Source: an uncultured Chloroflexia bacterium
Lineage (GTDB): Bacteria; Chloroflexota; Limnocylindria; Limnocylindrales; CSP1-4
Assembly (NCBI GenBank): GCA_963768655.1
Contig: CAVYIM010000006.1
Span: forward strand, 96,001-160,000
Length of the DNA: 64,000 bases
Direction of reading: 5' to 3'
The number at the start of each line of letters is the position of its first letter. The first letter of the stretch is position 1. The notes beneath the pieces were generated by a model. That model was not told where the DNA came from. It made no database searches and saw only the letters and a list, made by a program, of their open reading frames with translations. Positions 1-9,583 of this stretch are shown here, piece after piece. Both the position numbers and the translations under genes were made by a program.

Positions 1-77
1 CCACAACAAGCGTGGGAGGCCCCCGACGGCGGCAACGGCCAAGACGGCTCGGGCAACGTCCGAGGCGGGTTCGGGCA

Positions 78-2123
78 ATGTCTGAGCGGGCTGCGGCAAC
101 GGCTGAGACCGCTTCAGCGGTTGATCGCGACGCGTCGCTCTCGGCCCTCTTGGCCGCTGGCGAGACGCGGAGCGAGGCGATCGCGGAAGCGCTGGGAGTC
201 CCTGTCAGGACCGTTCGCTTCTGGCTCGGCGGGCTGCGTGATCAAGGTCTAGTCGAGATGCCGAGCCGGGGTACCTGGCGGATGACCGGAGCCGGAGCGA
301 GGGCCGCCCTGGCCGCTGCGATCCCTGAACCGGTTGCCTCGCTTGACGCCATCGTCGGGCTGCCGCCCGAGCATCGCGCGATGCTCCGTCTCGTTGAAGA
401 CGCGGTGGTCGCGCGGCGTGCCCTGGCCGAGTTCTATCCGGGGAACTGGCCCGGCTTCGTGCTCATGGGGCCCACCAAGACCGGCAAGACGTTGGTCGCG
501 AGCCTCGCGGCGCGCCGGGTCGGCGAAGATCCAGGCGACGTCGTCAGGTTGCTGATGCTGGAGACACCCGGCAGCCTCCTGGGCCGCCGTATCCAGACCG
601 GTGCCGAGACTTGGACGACGACGCCGAGTCCGCTTCTGCCGCTCTCGCTGGTCGTTCTCGACGAATATGACAAGTCATCGCCCGAGCTGCGTCAGGCCGC
701 CTTCGGCTATCTGGCCGGCGCGTCGCGCTACCGATCCGAGGACGCCGTCCTGACGGTGAACGCGACGACGATCATCACTTTGAACGCCGAAGACGACCCG
801 AGCCGGCTGCTCCCTGACTCATACCTGCGCCGTGCCGTCGTACTCGATACGACGCCTCTCGTTGGAGTCATGTTCGACATCGACGAGGTCGCGCGGGTGC
901 TCTCCCGCGCCTCGCTGCCGACCATCGACCCCAACCTCGTCCCGCCTGCCTCGGAACTGTCGGAAGAAGCCCGGCGAGGCCTTCGTCTCCTCCTCCAGCG
1001 CTGCCTTACCGCCCGTGGCTGGGGCCTTGTGGATGTGGAGGCGATCAGTCGTCTTGCGCTTGGACGCTGGGCGGTTATGCCGGACGACCCCGAGGCCGCT
1101 GTTCTCGGGGTGGCGGCCGACTACCTCCTTGTCAGCTCAACAAGACCCGGACTCGTTCAGGCGGACTGGCCGGCGAGGCTGGAGGCCGTGCTCGGACGGG
1201 CAGCCTCCCCGATCGCGGAGACGCTCGCTGTGGCTCGGGCACGGCAGGCCTCGGTCGGGGAGCGTGCGGAGGAGGCGGATCGGGCGCAGCTCGACGCATC
1301 GCTCGCCCTGGCCGGCACCCGGGAGCGCATCATCGATGCTCTCGATCATGGCTTGCGCTCGGTCGCTCGTGGCCACGAGCTGACCGACGCGGATCGCGCG
1401 ACGATCGCCACTGCCCGCGGCAAGGCTCGGCTGTTGCGGGACGCGATCGGCGCTGCCAGAAGTCTCGGCGCCCTCGAAGATCTGGACCGCCGTCTCGACC
1501 AGGAGGTCTTGGTCCCGCTGATGACGGTCGCGAACATCGTCGACGCCCGACGTGGGGCCGCCGCCGAACAGCGGCGCGCCGAGCTGGATCGGCACCGCCG
1601 AGAGGTCGATCGCCGAGCGGCGGAGCGGGTCCAGGCACGTGCGGCGGAACAGGCCGCCAAGCGGCGCCACGCCGAACTGCAGGCCCTCTACAGGCGCACC
1701 ACCACTCGTCCCGGCGAGGATGTGCTCGCCGATCTGGTCGCCGCCGGTTGCATCGTCCAACGTCGCGAGCAGTATCAGGAGGAGACGATCGTCTCCATGG
1801 TCAACCGCTCATGGGTCGGCCGGAAGCTGCGAACACTCGGCGGCAATGGCGCGGTGGCGAGTCTGCCTCCGCCGCAGCCGTGGAACCCGCGGCAGCCCTG
1901 GACCCACTTGCAGCCGGCACCTGCCAGTTCGGAGCCGGAGCCGCGCTACGTGACCCGGACCCGAACCTGGCATGAGGACCGCGACGGCCGTCGCCGTGAT
2001 CCGAGCGACCTCGTCGCCTGGGGCAGCGAGCCGGTCTGTGCGGTGCTCCAAGCGGCGGCCGCCGCCGAAGAGCTGCCTCCGCTCACCCGGCTCGCGTCTG
2101 GCCGATGCGGCAGCAAGGTGTGA
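78..2123 (+). CDS. N-terminal winged-HTH + P-loop (AAA-like) ATPase + coiled-coil protein, probably encoded by a mobile element
   Basis: HTH-like SEAIAEALGVPVRTVRFWL; Walker A GPTKTGKT; Walker B VVLDEYD; R/E/A-rich coiled coil. The ATG at 78 overlaps the end of an upstream frame entering from the window edge. Confidence 0.6.
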   Translation: MSERAAATAETASAVDRDASLSALLAAGETRSEAIAEALGVPVRTVRFWLGGLRDQGLVEMPSRGTWRMTGAGARAALAAAIPEPVASLDAIVGLPPEHRAMLRLVEDAVVARRALAEFYPGNWPGFVLMGPTKTGKTLVASLAARRVGEDPGDVVRLLMLETPGSLLGRRIQTGAETWTTTPSPLLPLSLVVLDEYDKSSPELRQAAFGYLAGASRYRSEDAVLTVNATTIITLNAEDDPSRLLPDSYLRRAVVLDTTPLVGVMFDIDEVARVLSRASLPTIDPNLVPPASELSEEARRGLRLLLQRCLTARGWGLVDVEAISRLALGRWAVMPDDPEAAVLGVAADYLLVSSTRPGLVQADWPARLEAVLGRAASPIAETLAVARARQASVGERAEEADRAQLDASLALAGTRERIIDALDHGLRSVARGHELTDADRATIATARGKARLLRDAIGAARSLGALEDLDRRLDQEVLVPLMTVANIVDARRGAAAEQRRAELDRHRREVDRRAAERVQARAAEQAAKRRHAELQALYRRTTTRPGEDVLADLVAAGCIVQRREQYQEETIVSMVNRSWVGRKLRTLGGNGAVASLPPPQPWNPRQPWTHLQPAPASSEPEPRYVTRTRTWHEDRDGRRRDPSDLVAWGSEPVCAVLQAAAAAEELPPLTRLASGRCGSKV

Positions 2124-2258
2124 TGCGGGTTGATGGAGAAGGCTTCCGCCTATGGAGCTATGACCATCACAGGATGACACGACACCCCGTCAGAGACTCA
2201 CAATCGCCGAGGGCGAGAGGGTGGCTGGAGTTTGCATACTCAGCACGGATAGAGGCAT

Positions 2259-3584
2259 GTGAGCACCTACGAGCGAGGTCTACGTCCACTCAGGGCCGTC
2301 TTGAGCCTTGGCTTGGTCGCAGGTGCGCTGTGGGGCTGCAGCAATCTGGCTACACCGTCGTCATCGCCGGTGGCATCGAGCACAGCTGCGCCGACGGCAA
2401 CGGCCGGGTCGCGAGTTCCGACACCCGCGCCATCCACCTCTCCCTCGCCGACACCTGTTCCGACCCTGCCGAGCGGCAACTGGACCGGGCTCCACTGGAC
2501 CCGTGTTCAGACGACCGCTGCGGTCTGGATGACGCCTGCCATCTTGGGTGGGTCTTCGAAAGGGAACGTCACCGAGTCGGGTTGGTCTGTCTTTGGCTGG
2601 GACGACGGCTACGTCGCTTTCGACGTCGTCACCACGAAGTCGAAGAACGGTTCGAAGGTCACCGTCATCGACACGGAGCACTCGACCGACGGCATTTCAT
2701 GGTCCGCTGGAGGCTCTTTCACCCCTCCCTCGTTTACCCCTGACGTGCCGGATCAGCAGTCGCCAAGCGTCGACGGTATCGAAGAAGGACCAGTTGGTCT
2801 TCTCGTATACGACGACTACGACTGCGTCTGCGCGTGTCATTTCCCGACCATCCATCCGCTCGGGGCCTCGACGGACGGCGTCACCTGGCAGACGGTCCAG
2901 GGCGTCGTGGTGGGCGATTGGCTCGACGCCGGGTCGGCCGGCTACATCGTCACCGAGGGGGACCAAGTCGAAATCTCACAAGACGGCATCTCGTGGACCA
3001 GGACCAGACTGAGCGGCAAGGCGTTCGCAACGGTCGACTCCATCGACAGTGGAGCCTCATCTGCAGGCGGCTTCGTCATCACGAGCGAAACCTACGGGCC
3101 TCCGACCCAAGGGGCCATGTGCGTCCAGTTTCCGATTCCGATGAACCCCACGGTCTGGTTCTCGGCGGACGGGAAGAACTGGGTCCGGCAGATCCTGCCA
3201 GGCGGCATCGCCAAGGGTTACGGCAGCGCGACTGTGTGTCACATCAACGCGCATATCCTCCTCGCTCAGGAATGGGACGGTTCCGAACTGGATTGGACCT
3301 CGACCGATGGAGAGGCCTGGACAAGCGCGTCGACCGGCTTCTCCTGTGAGGGCATGCCGCTCGCGGGCCACTACCTCCTCGACTCGTTTGATCCCTACGG
3401 CAACTGGACAGTCGAAGTCCTTGGGCCCGATCTGCACTACGAAGCCCTCGCCGAGACCGGCGATGAGCCGAATTGGCACGACGTCTGGGCGGACCACGGC
3501 TGGGTCGATGCCCTGGGTCCGGCGGGACTGATCGTCTCTGATGGCCAGGGCGGTCTTTGGGTCGGTGTTCCCTTCGCGGGTTGA
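2259..3584 (+). CDS. Lipoprotein with Asp-box/BNR-like (S-x-D-G-x-x-W) repeats, beta-propeller-like
   Basis: Lipobox-like ALWGC; Pro/Ser/Thr linker; repeated STDGISW, STDGVTW, SQDGISW, SADGKNW, STDGEAW. Confidence 0.7.
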   Translation: MSTYERGLRPLRAVLSLGLVAGALWGCSNLATPSSSPVASSTAAPTATAGSRVPTPAPSTSPSPTPVPTLPSGNWTGLHWTRVQTTAAVWMTPAILGGSSKGNVTESGWSVFGWDDGYVAFDVVTTKSKNGSKVTVIDTEHSTDGISWSAGGSFTPPSFTPDVPDQQSPSVDGIEEGPVGLLVYDDYDCVCACHFPTIHPLGASTDGVTWQTVQGVVVGDWLDAGSAGYIVTEGDQVEISQDGISWTRTRLSGKAFATVDSIDSGASSAGGFVITSETYGPPTQGAMCVQFPIPMNPTVWFSADGKNWVRQILPGGIAKGYGSATVCHINAHILLAQEWDGSELDWTSTDGEAWTSASTGFSCEGMPLAGHYLLDSFDPYGNWTVEVLGPDLHYEALAETGDEPNWHDVWADHGWVDALGPAGLIVSDGQGGLWVGVPFAG

Positions 3585-4342
3585 GGCGTGCAGGGCAATC
3601 GCGACGCGATTCAGGCGAACTACATCAGCCCTCCATCACACCTTGCTGCCGCGCCTGCCGTCTGGCTGTCGGGAACGGGCAAGTCCACGTCCCCAAGGTG
3701 CCCCGAAAGGGTGCCACCTCTGACTGCCAATTCCGTACTCAACTCCGGCCCGCCTGGGCGTGCACCGAAAAGGGGTCCTTGTGAGTGGGGGCGAGAAGAC
3801 TTGCGGCCGAGACAACAAGCTAGCCGGCGGAGGTCACGAGCGGCCGTCGCGAGACGAATGCCCAGCCGCTGATGGTGGTGCGCGAGACGAGGCGGGAGCT
3901 GATGGCAGAGCCGTCGCGGCCCGACCTAGTGAGTTGAGTTCAGGCACTGCCTATCAAGGGTTTGAACAGCTCGGCTGACGCGCTACTAGCTGTTCGAGCG
4001 ATCTCTTCCCAGTCAACGACGCGACTGACCGGCGGCTCACTCCCGAGAATGCGTCCTGCCTTGAGCACCCCCACTACAGAGCCTGCGGGCGGCGGTTGGC
4101 CCTGCGACCCTCCGGACGATGGGTGCAGCGTGGCCGGACCCCTTTCGCGGCATTCCAGGCTGGTTCAGGTCATCCCAATCACCCGTTCCGCTGCCTTCCA
4201 GCCTCTGTTAATCAAGAGGCTGGAAGGCAGCGTAGCATGTCGTCCTTGACCGTCCATCGTCTGACCATGTGGACCCGATCGACCACGGGCAATCGGTCAA
4301 TCTCTCGTCATCGGGGCGCGTAGCCCCTTACGCGAGGACTAG

Positions 4343-4870
4343 ATGAGGCCAACTATGCCGCAGGAGAGAGTACTCCTCGGCTCACCAGCCGAGCAGGTCC
4401 AATCCGATCTGGCGGCGACCATTGCTGCTGAGGCCCCTGTGCTACTCGCAGCTGCTCGACTGATCACGTCAAGCGAAGCCGAGGCGTGGGATGTCGTTCA
4501 GATTACGATTGAGATCGCCCTGCGCCGGAGAGGATCCCTTCGAGATCGTGGAGCTATTCGAGCCTGGCTGCTTACGATACTCACCCGTGAAGCCATGCGC
4601 TTCCGTCGGCGCGTCCGCGGGGTCATGTCAATTGAATTAGCCGAGGCACAAGCCCCCACCGTTCCGGGCCCAGGTGTCGAGCAGTTAGCGATCAGGCAGG
4701 CCTTGTCCCAGCTTCCACTCCGGACACGAACTGCTGTAGTCCTGCATCACATGGTAGGACTGTCAATAGCTGAGGTAGCCTCAGCTATGAACGTAAGTGA
4801 GAACACGGTGAAGTCTCAGATCAAGCAGGGGATATCTCGCCTGCGGGAGGCGCTTAGCGATGAATGGTGA
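4343..4870 (+). CDS. ECF-type RNA polymerase sigma-70 factor
   Basis: Region 2 (EAWDVVQ...RAWLLTI) and region 4 (LSQLPLRTRTAVVLHHMVGLSIAEVASAMNVSENTVKSQI); GAGGA RBS. Confidence 0.9.
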   Translation: MRPTMPQERVLLGSPAEQVQSDLAATIAAEAPVLLAAARLITSSEAEAWDVVQITIEIALRRRGSLRDRGAIRAWLLTILTREAMRFRRRVRGVMSIELAEAQAPTVPGPGVEQLAIRQALSQLPLRTRTAVVLHHMVGLSIAEVASAMNVSENTVKSQIKQGISRLREALSDEW

Positions 4871-5459
4871 TGTGCGCAAGCAGGCTGAAGGCAGCCTTGA
4901 TCAGACGACCCTGGACCGCATTCTGCGGTACCTTGAACTCGTGTTTCAGTACGAGTTGTCTGCAGCGAAGACAGACATGGGTGGCGCTCAATGGATTGAT
5001 GGCGTCCCAAGGCTGCCATCGACTGCTCACCATAGGCGCGACTCCTGGCGATCCCGTAGGCACCTAGGTCTTCCAACCCCGGTTCTTCAAGCGGCAACAG
5101 CCGTTGTGATAGCCGGAGTCCTTCTCGCTGGGTTTGTCGCTCCCGCCATCTTGATCCCAGGAGCGTCCAACACGACGATGCCCAGCCCTCAATCGGGCGT
5201 GGTTGGGAGTGTTGTAGTCGCCGGCGGACCAATACCAGGCGCTTCAGACGGGAACCAAGCGGCGGAACTCATCGTCTCGAACGCTACTGGGACCGTGACC
5301 ACTCGCATCGTGGATTCCGGCACGCCCGTGCGCCTCGATCTTCCGCCTGGGCAATATCAGCTATCCGGCGTCTACGGAAATGCCGGCTGTACAGGCGTCA
5401 CCGTTCAGGTCGTTGCAGGTCAGTTCACCCCATTTGCCGTCACCTGCAGCATCCGCTAG
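4860..5459 (+). CDS. Single-pass membrane protein, putative anti-sigma factor with extracytoplasmic beta-sandwich
   Basis: Overlaps the sigma stop codon; one TM helix (AVVIAGVLLAGFV); C-terminal LPPGQYQL beta domain with two Cys. Confidence 0.5.
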   Translation: MNGDVRKQAEGSLDQTTLDRILRYLELVFQYELSAAKTDMGGAQWIDGVPRLPSTAHHRRDSWRSRRHLGLPTPVLQAATAVVIAGVLLAGFVAPAILIPGASNTTMPSPQSGVVGSVVVAGGPIPGASDGNQAAELIVSNATGTVTTRIVDSGTPVRLDLPPGQYQLSGVYGNAGCTGVTVQVVAGQFTPFAVTCSIR

Positions 5460-5461
5460 AC

Positions 5462-6640
5462 CTACTGCAGGGGCAACGCTGTGACGGGCCCCAGCGTAGA
5501 GAGATCGATCGAACTGTCAGAAAGACCCCAGTCGAGCACGAATCCCGTACCGGCATCGATGACGACTGTCAGGAATGTACCGGTGGGAGACGCTTTCCCT
5601 GCGGGCATACGCGCGTTGATGCCAGTGAACTTGCCTTGAATCTGAACTAGATAGACTCCTTGGTTCGAGTTCACACCAGCCCCCGATGCGACCGTGTTTG
5701 CATCCTGGCGCGTTGAAACGACCGCGTTGGCCGTCGTCGCCGAGCTGTCACTAGCGGCGGCTGCCATACTCCCTGCTACTGCCGTGAGAGAGCTGATTGC
5801 CGAGGCAGGAACCGAGGCCGTCGTCTTGGTTATCCCGGCAGTGGCCATTGTCCTACCTTGCGTTGGTAGTATGGGTGCAGCTGAGGCGATAGGGACTGAG
5901 CCTTGGGAAGCACCGGTGTTACATGCCGAGGAGTAAACTACGGCATTGTACTTGCTTATCCAAACCGCGTTGGCCGGTGGATACATCGGGTACAAGTATG
6001 AGTCGCTGCTGCCGTACTGCCAGTTGGTGTGCAAGCTTCCCGTCGTGTCAAACCAATCGAGGGGGCTGGACTGGCCGACTATGTTGTAGGAATTGCTGGT
6101 GGTCTCTATTCCGGTCTCCATGGAAAGCGAATATGGCGGGTTGGAAGTCGAGGTCCCAACGTGTGATGTCCCCTGCCAGACCCACCAGCTATTGCTCCCT
6201 GCATATATGATCTCGGTCTCGTACGATGTGTTAAGTGATCGCGTCCCGACGTAGTGCTCGTGATATCCGCCTCCTGGTCGGTTGTCGGCCCAGAACCAGT
6301 ACGGCCCGCCTCTTGCCTGACCGTTGAGCTCGCCGTAGGACAATCCCGTCTCAACCCAGTAGCCCAGGTTGGAGGAGTTGTCCGTAGCCTCCCACATTTC
6401 CTCGTCGGCGAAATTGACCGTGTCGTTAGGCCCATTGAGACAGCTGGAGTAGATGTTGGTGTAGATGCCTTCATTCGCCGCGGAATTGACCCAAATGGCG
6501 AGGGCATAGCAGTGAGATGAGGATGAGGTTGAACACGTGTAGGCCAGCGCTGTCTGCGGGAGCGCCGCGGAAGCGCCCACCAGCGCGAGAGCAGCTAGGA
6601 GGATTTGGATCTGTCGTCCGAGCGCTCGACTCAGGTTCAT
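5462..6640 (-). CDS. Secreted hypothetical protein (signal peptide, aromatic-rich beta domain, second C-terminal domain)
   Basis: MNLSRALGRQ...LLAALALVGASAALPQTALA signal peptide; EEMW...WVETG segment is only weakly reminiscent of neprosin-like glutamic peptidases. Confidence 0.6.
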   Translation of the reverse strand: MNLSRALGRQIQILLAALALVGASAALPQTALAYTCSTSSSSHCYALAIWVNSAANEGIYTNIYSSCLNGPNDTVNFADEEMWEATDNSSNLGYWVETGLSYGELNGQARGGPYWFWADNRPGGGYHEHYVGTRSLNTSYETEIIYAGSNSWWVWQGTSHVGTSTSNPPYSLSMETGIETTSNSYNIVGQSSPLDWFDTTGSLHTNWQYGSSDSYLYPMYPPANAVWISKYNAVVYSSACNTGASQGSVPIASAAPILPTQGRTMATAGITKTTASVPASAISSLTAVAGSMAAAASDSSATTANAVVSTRQDANTVASGAGVNSNQGVYLVQIQGKFTGINARMPAGKASPTGTFLTVVIDAGTGFVLDWGLSDSSIDLSTLGPVTALPLQ

Positions 6641-6769
6641 TTGGGTTCGTCCCCCAGCGATCCTGCACGTAGGGCCCATTCGGGCGAGGGTGGATCGCTT
6701 GACAGATACCGCAGCGAAGCCGGGGACGACAATCGGAATGCTTCCGTATGCCCGGAGCAGCAAGGTTCC

Positions 6770-6985
6770 CAGAGACGCCGCCGGCAGACGAGGCTAGCCG
6801 AAACCTATCTGGCTGTGATCCGGCTGGTGCTGTCGGCGTCGGACTACGCCGAACGGACGCACCCGATGGGTACGCTGGGCGCGCCACCGGAAGCGCCACA
6901 GTTCCCTAGCGACGACGAGCAGCGCCTTTCGTCAGCCTGCGATCACATGACCAAGCGTGACGGTTACTCCACGACCGAGGCTTGA
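6770..6985 (+). pseudogene. Possible internal fragment of a hypothetical gene
   Basis: Protein-like stretch RRQTRLAETYLAVIRLVL...PQFPSDDEQR with no credible start or RBS. Confidence 0.25.
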
Positions 6986-7010
6986 CCTAGAACAAAGGTT
7001 CTCTTAGTAT
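6982..7010 (+). promoter_or_regulatory. sigma70 promoter with an embedded LexA (GAAC-N4-GTTC) box
   Basis: TTGACC 6982-6987, 17-bp spacer, TAGTAT 7005-7010; AGAAC-AAAG-GTTCT at 6989-7002 lies in the spacer. Confidence 0.7.
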
Positions 7011-7066
7011 TCCCACGTCGACTCTTCGGCCGCCTTTGCTGACGAGTAACGACGATACTCGAAGCT

Positions 7067-7924
7067 ATGACGATGGTTGAGACGAAACACAGGGCGGCCG
7101 CTGCTGCGCCCACGCCCTCGTCAGTCGCAGCGGCGCCTGCCGCTGAGGAGAAGAAGACCCGCACGCGACTGCTTCAAGAGGATGTGCCAGGTTACTCCCT
7201 GGATCAGGCATTGCGCGTCGCCAGGGCTATCGCTGAGAACTACGCTTACAAACCCACCCGCCCAATGAACGTCGCCCGAGCGATGGGTATGTCACCGACG
7301 TCGGGGCCGTTCCGGATGATCACGGGCGCTTCCGTCGCGTACGGTCTGACGGCCGGGGCCGCCCAGGCGCCTGAGATCGGGATTGCCCCGCTAGGCATGC
7401 GGATCGTTCACCCGCTCTCCGAAGGGGACGACTTAGTCGCGACGCGGGAGGCGCTCCTGAAGCCGAAGATCGTCGGCGACTTCCTCCGCGATTACGACGG
7501 GGCCGCGATCCCCGTTGACACCATCGCCAAGAACGTACTCCATCAGAAAGGCGTTCCGACCGAACGTGTTGATGACGTGCTCGATTTGATCGTGGAGGGC
7601 GGCAAGAGCGTCGGCTTCATCACTGAGTACGGCGGAAAGCGTTGGGTCGATCTGGCGGGGCCGGCGCCGACAGCCGCTCCAAACGGCTCAACTGCAGCGG
7701 AAGCATCGGGTCCAGCCGTACCCGCGTCGGTGATGCGTGCCGTCCAGACGCCGACGGCCGCGCCTGTCGCCGTATCGGTGGGGCCAGGAATTCACATCAA
7801 CATCGAGATCCATATCGCGGCGGACGCCTCCTCGGAGACCGTTGAGGAGATCTTCAAGAACATGCGCCGATACGTTCTGGGCGGTGAAGGTAAGGCCGAC
7901 GATGGCCGCGCCGAAGCGGAGTGA
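7067..7924 (+). CDS. Hypothetical protein, DUF5343-like (N-terminal wHTH-like domain, C-terminal IHINIEIHI motif)
   Basis: YSLDQALRVARAI...GASVAYGLT N-terminus and IHINIEIHIAADASSETVEEIF C-terminus, recalled from defence-island proteins. Confidence 0.5.
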   Translation: MTMVETKHRAAAAAPTPSSVAAAPAAEEKKTRTRLLQEDVPGYSLDQALRVARAIAENYAYKPTRPMNVARAMGMSPTSGPFRMITGASVAYGLTAGAAQAPEIGIAPLGMRIVHPLSEGDDLVATREALLKPKIVGDFLRDYDGAAIPVDTIAKNVLHQKGVPTERVDDVLDLIVEGGKSVGFITEYGGKRWVDLAGPAPTAAPNGSTAAEASGPAVPASVMRAVQTPTAAPVAVSVGPGIHINIEIHIAADASSETVEEIFKNMRRYVLGGEGKADDGRAEAE

Positions 7925-8480
7925 TGGCGTAGATCCGGACCTGCTCCGCCGTCTTAGGGAGTTCCAGGTACGGGTACGCCAGCCATCACGGCGGGTCGAA
8001 GCTGTCGTGCCCGCTCGAGGACCACTCTCTGGGCGCGACGCCAATGTCCTCGCCAGATTACGGAAGCACTCCGTCTCGCTCGGGGACTCGATGGAGCAAG
8101 CCCTCACGGACTTGAACGACAACGGCCGCTTGAGTTACGTAGGACCCGCGGGTGAGATCCGCGAGGTCATGCGAGCCACGGTCCAGCTCCTCGCGCCCGA
8201 CGATGAGGTCAAGAAGCAAGCGTGGTACGTCGGCGTCGAGCAGGGCGGTAAACGCAACCCCTCGCAGGCGGAGAGAACCCGGTACGCGGTTCAACACCGG
8301 GCGGGCGACGGCGATCAGATCAAAGGAGTGGAGACGCTCATCGATGAGCTGGTCGGTCAGATCAGCCGACAAACCTACACAACCGGGAGCGCGGCTTTTC
8401 ACGTCGGGACGCAGCAGGCGAAGGTTAGGAAACTCACGGGGTGGGTCTTTGCGGTGTTGGATGAGGTTCTTCCCGAATAG
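7902..8480 (+). CDS. Putative HEPN-superfamily protein (resembles the predicted pPIWI-associating nuclease family)
   Basis: QALTDL..GRLSYVGPAGEIREVMRATVQLLAPD and C-terminal SRQTYTTGSAAFH; overlaps the upstream gene. Confidence 0.5.
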   Translation: MAAPKRSDGVDPDLLRRLREFQVRVRQPSRRVEAVVPARGPLSGRDANVLARLRKHSVSLGDSMEQALTDLNDNGRLSYVGPAGEIREVMRATVQLLAPDDEVKKQAWYVGVEQGGKRNPSQAERTRYAVQHRAGDGDQIKGVETLIDELVGQISRQTYTTGSAAFHVGTQQAKVRKLTGWVFAVLDEVLPE

Positions 8481-8484
8481 CCAG

Positions 8485-8506
8485 TACGACTAATTGGCGC
8501 TTAGAC
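8485..8506. repeat. Site A, copy 1: putative recombination site GACTAA-TTGGCGC-TTAGAC abutting ssb codon 51
   Basis: Non-ssb sequence matching 15980-16001 with one mismatch; inverted CTAA/TTAG arms around a 7-bp spacer. Confidence 0.75.
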
Positions 8507-8659
8507 CCAGACGACCACGTTGTGGTATTCCGCGCGCTCTTTGCCGTTGCCGCGGAACTCGTTGGTCGCCACGGCAAATGTGGCGACGGATGACCCGCTG
8601 GCCAGCGATCGCAGCTCCGGATCGCGGGTCAGGCGGCCGGTCAGAAGGACCTTGTTCAC
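8501..8659 (-). pseudogene. ssb: ssb 5' fragment, codons 1-51 (copy 1), with ~110 bp of upstream DNA to 8769
   Basis: [51 protein letters not shown] then V-stop; near-identical to the copies starting at 10507 and 16154. Confidence 0.9.
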
Positions 8660-8825
8660 GGTCCTGGTCTCCTCTCGCGGCGCCGCTGTGTCGCGACGCC
8701 CTCTCTTGCGGCGGTACTCGAACCGTATCCCAGCCCTCTCTACCGACGCTCATCCGCGGCTTATCCGGGGCCGACGAAGCCTTCCACAGGCCGGAGCGGT
8801 TCGATCCCCCGCGGGACGCCACTCC

Positions 8826-9380
8826 TCAGTCGGGTTTGTCCGTCTGATCGGACCATATCGGCGAAGAGTCGCCAGCCAATCCGTGATGGTCCGCAACCTG
8901 ACCACGCGGGTCGGACCATCGAGCCGGCGATGAGCCCGCAGTCTGATCCGAGGGACGGCGGCGATTCTCCAAAACGAACCGATAGAACCACCTGAGCCAG
9001 AGCGCCTCGCATGCGAAGAACGCGACCGTGAAGAGCCGTAGCAACAAACCAGGGGTGTAATACGGGTTGCTGAAAGGCAGGTTCATGACTAACGCAAACC
9101 CATTTGCCACCGCGAAGAGGATGACGTTCTCCGCCCCAGCGTATAGGTGGTTGGGGTGCGGACCACCCGAGTGCCGGTTCCTCGTCAACAGCCATCCAAG
9201 CACGGTTCCTGGATGGTCGGGGTTGTTCCTCTCGGCCCAGAAACCGACTACGTGCGGCAGATAGTGCTCGTCCAGCAGGTGGAAGGACAGGGCGAACCCG
9301 ACCGAGGACCATGGAATCGTGAAGGCCCCGAACAGGAGCATGAACCCGCCGACGGGTAGGTCGTCCGAACCTACGATCAC
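8826..9380 (-). CDS. Multi-pass membrane hypothetical protein (array cargo)
   Basis: GAGGAGGAG RBS before GTG; three hydrophobic segments. Confidence 0.6.
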   Translation of the reverse strand: MIVGSDDLPVGGFMLLFGAFTIPWSSVGFALSFHLLDEHYLPHVVGFWAERNNPDHPGTVLGWLLTRNRHSGGPHPNHLYAGAENVILFAVANGFALVMNLPFSNPYYTPGLLLRLFTVAFFACEALWLRWFYRFVLENRRRPSDQTAGSSPARWSDPRGQVADHHGLAGDSSPIWSDQTDKPD

Positions 9381-9457
9381 CGCTCCTCCTCAGTGCGAAT
9401 GGCCGGTCCATGATAGTCCCGCCGGTTCTCGCAGAACCGTCCCGGTCCCCGCTCCGC

Positions 9458-9482
9458 ACACTGGCGCGTGCCGCGGTCGTCG
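9458..9482. repeat. Site B, degenerate copy (ACACTGGCGCGTGCCGCGGTCGTCG)
   Basis: Identical to 11465-11489; reverse complement is ssb coding sequence (DDRGTR). Confidence 0.85.
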
Positions 9483-9583
9483 CCGCCTGGGTCAACGTAC
9501 CTGTGGGGTATGGGGCGGTTCCAGGCACAGGGGGGCCCTTCCGGGTACTTGAAGCCGACGCGGCCGGGTCTCAAGATCCGGAT

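Noticed and set aside
3700-3765. ZTP riboswitch suggested by GCCCGCCTGGGC
   Set aside because: The upstream GACTGGCG pseudoknot partner and P1/P2 are missing, and no pur or folate gene follows.
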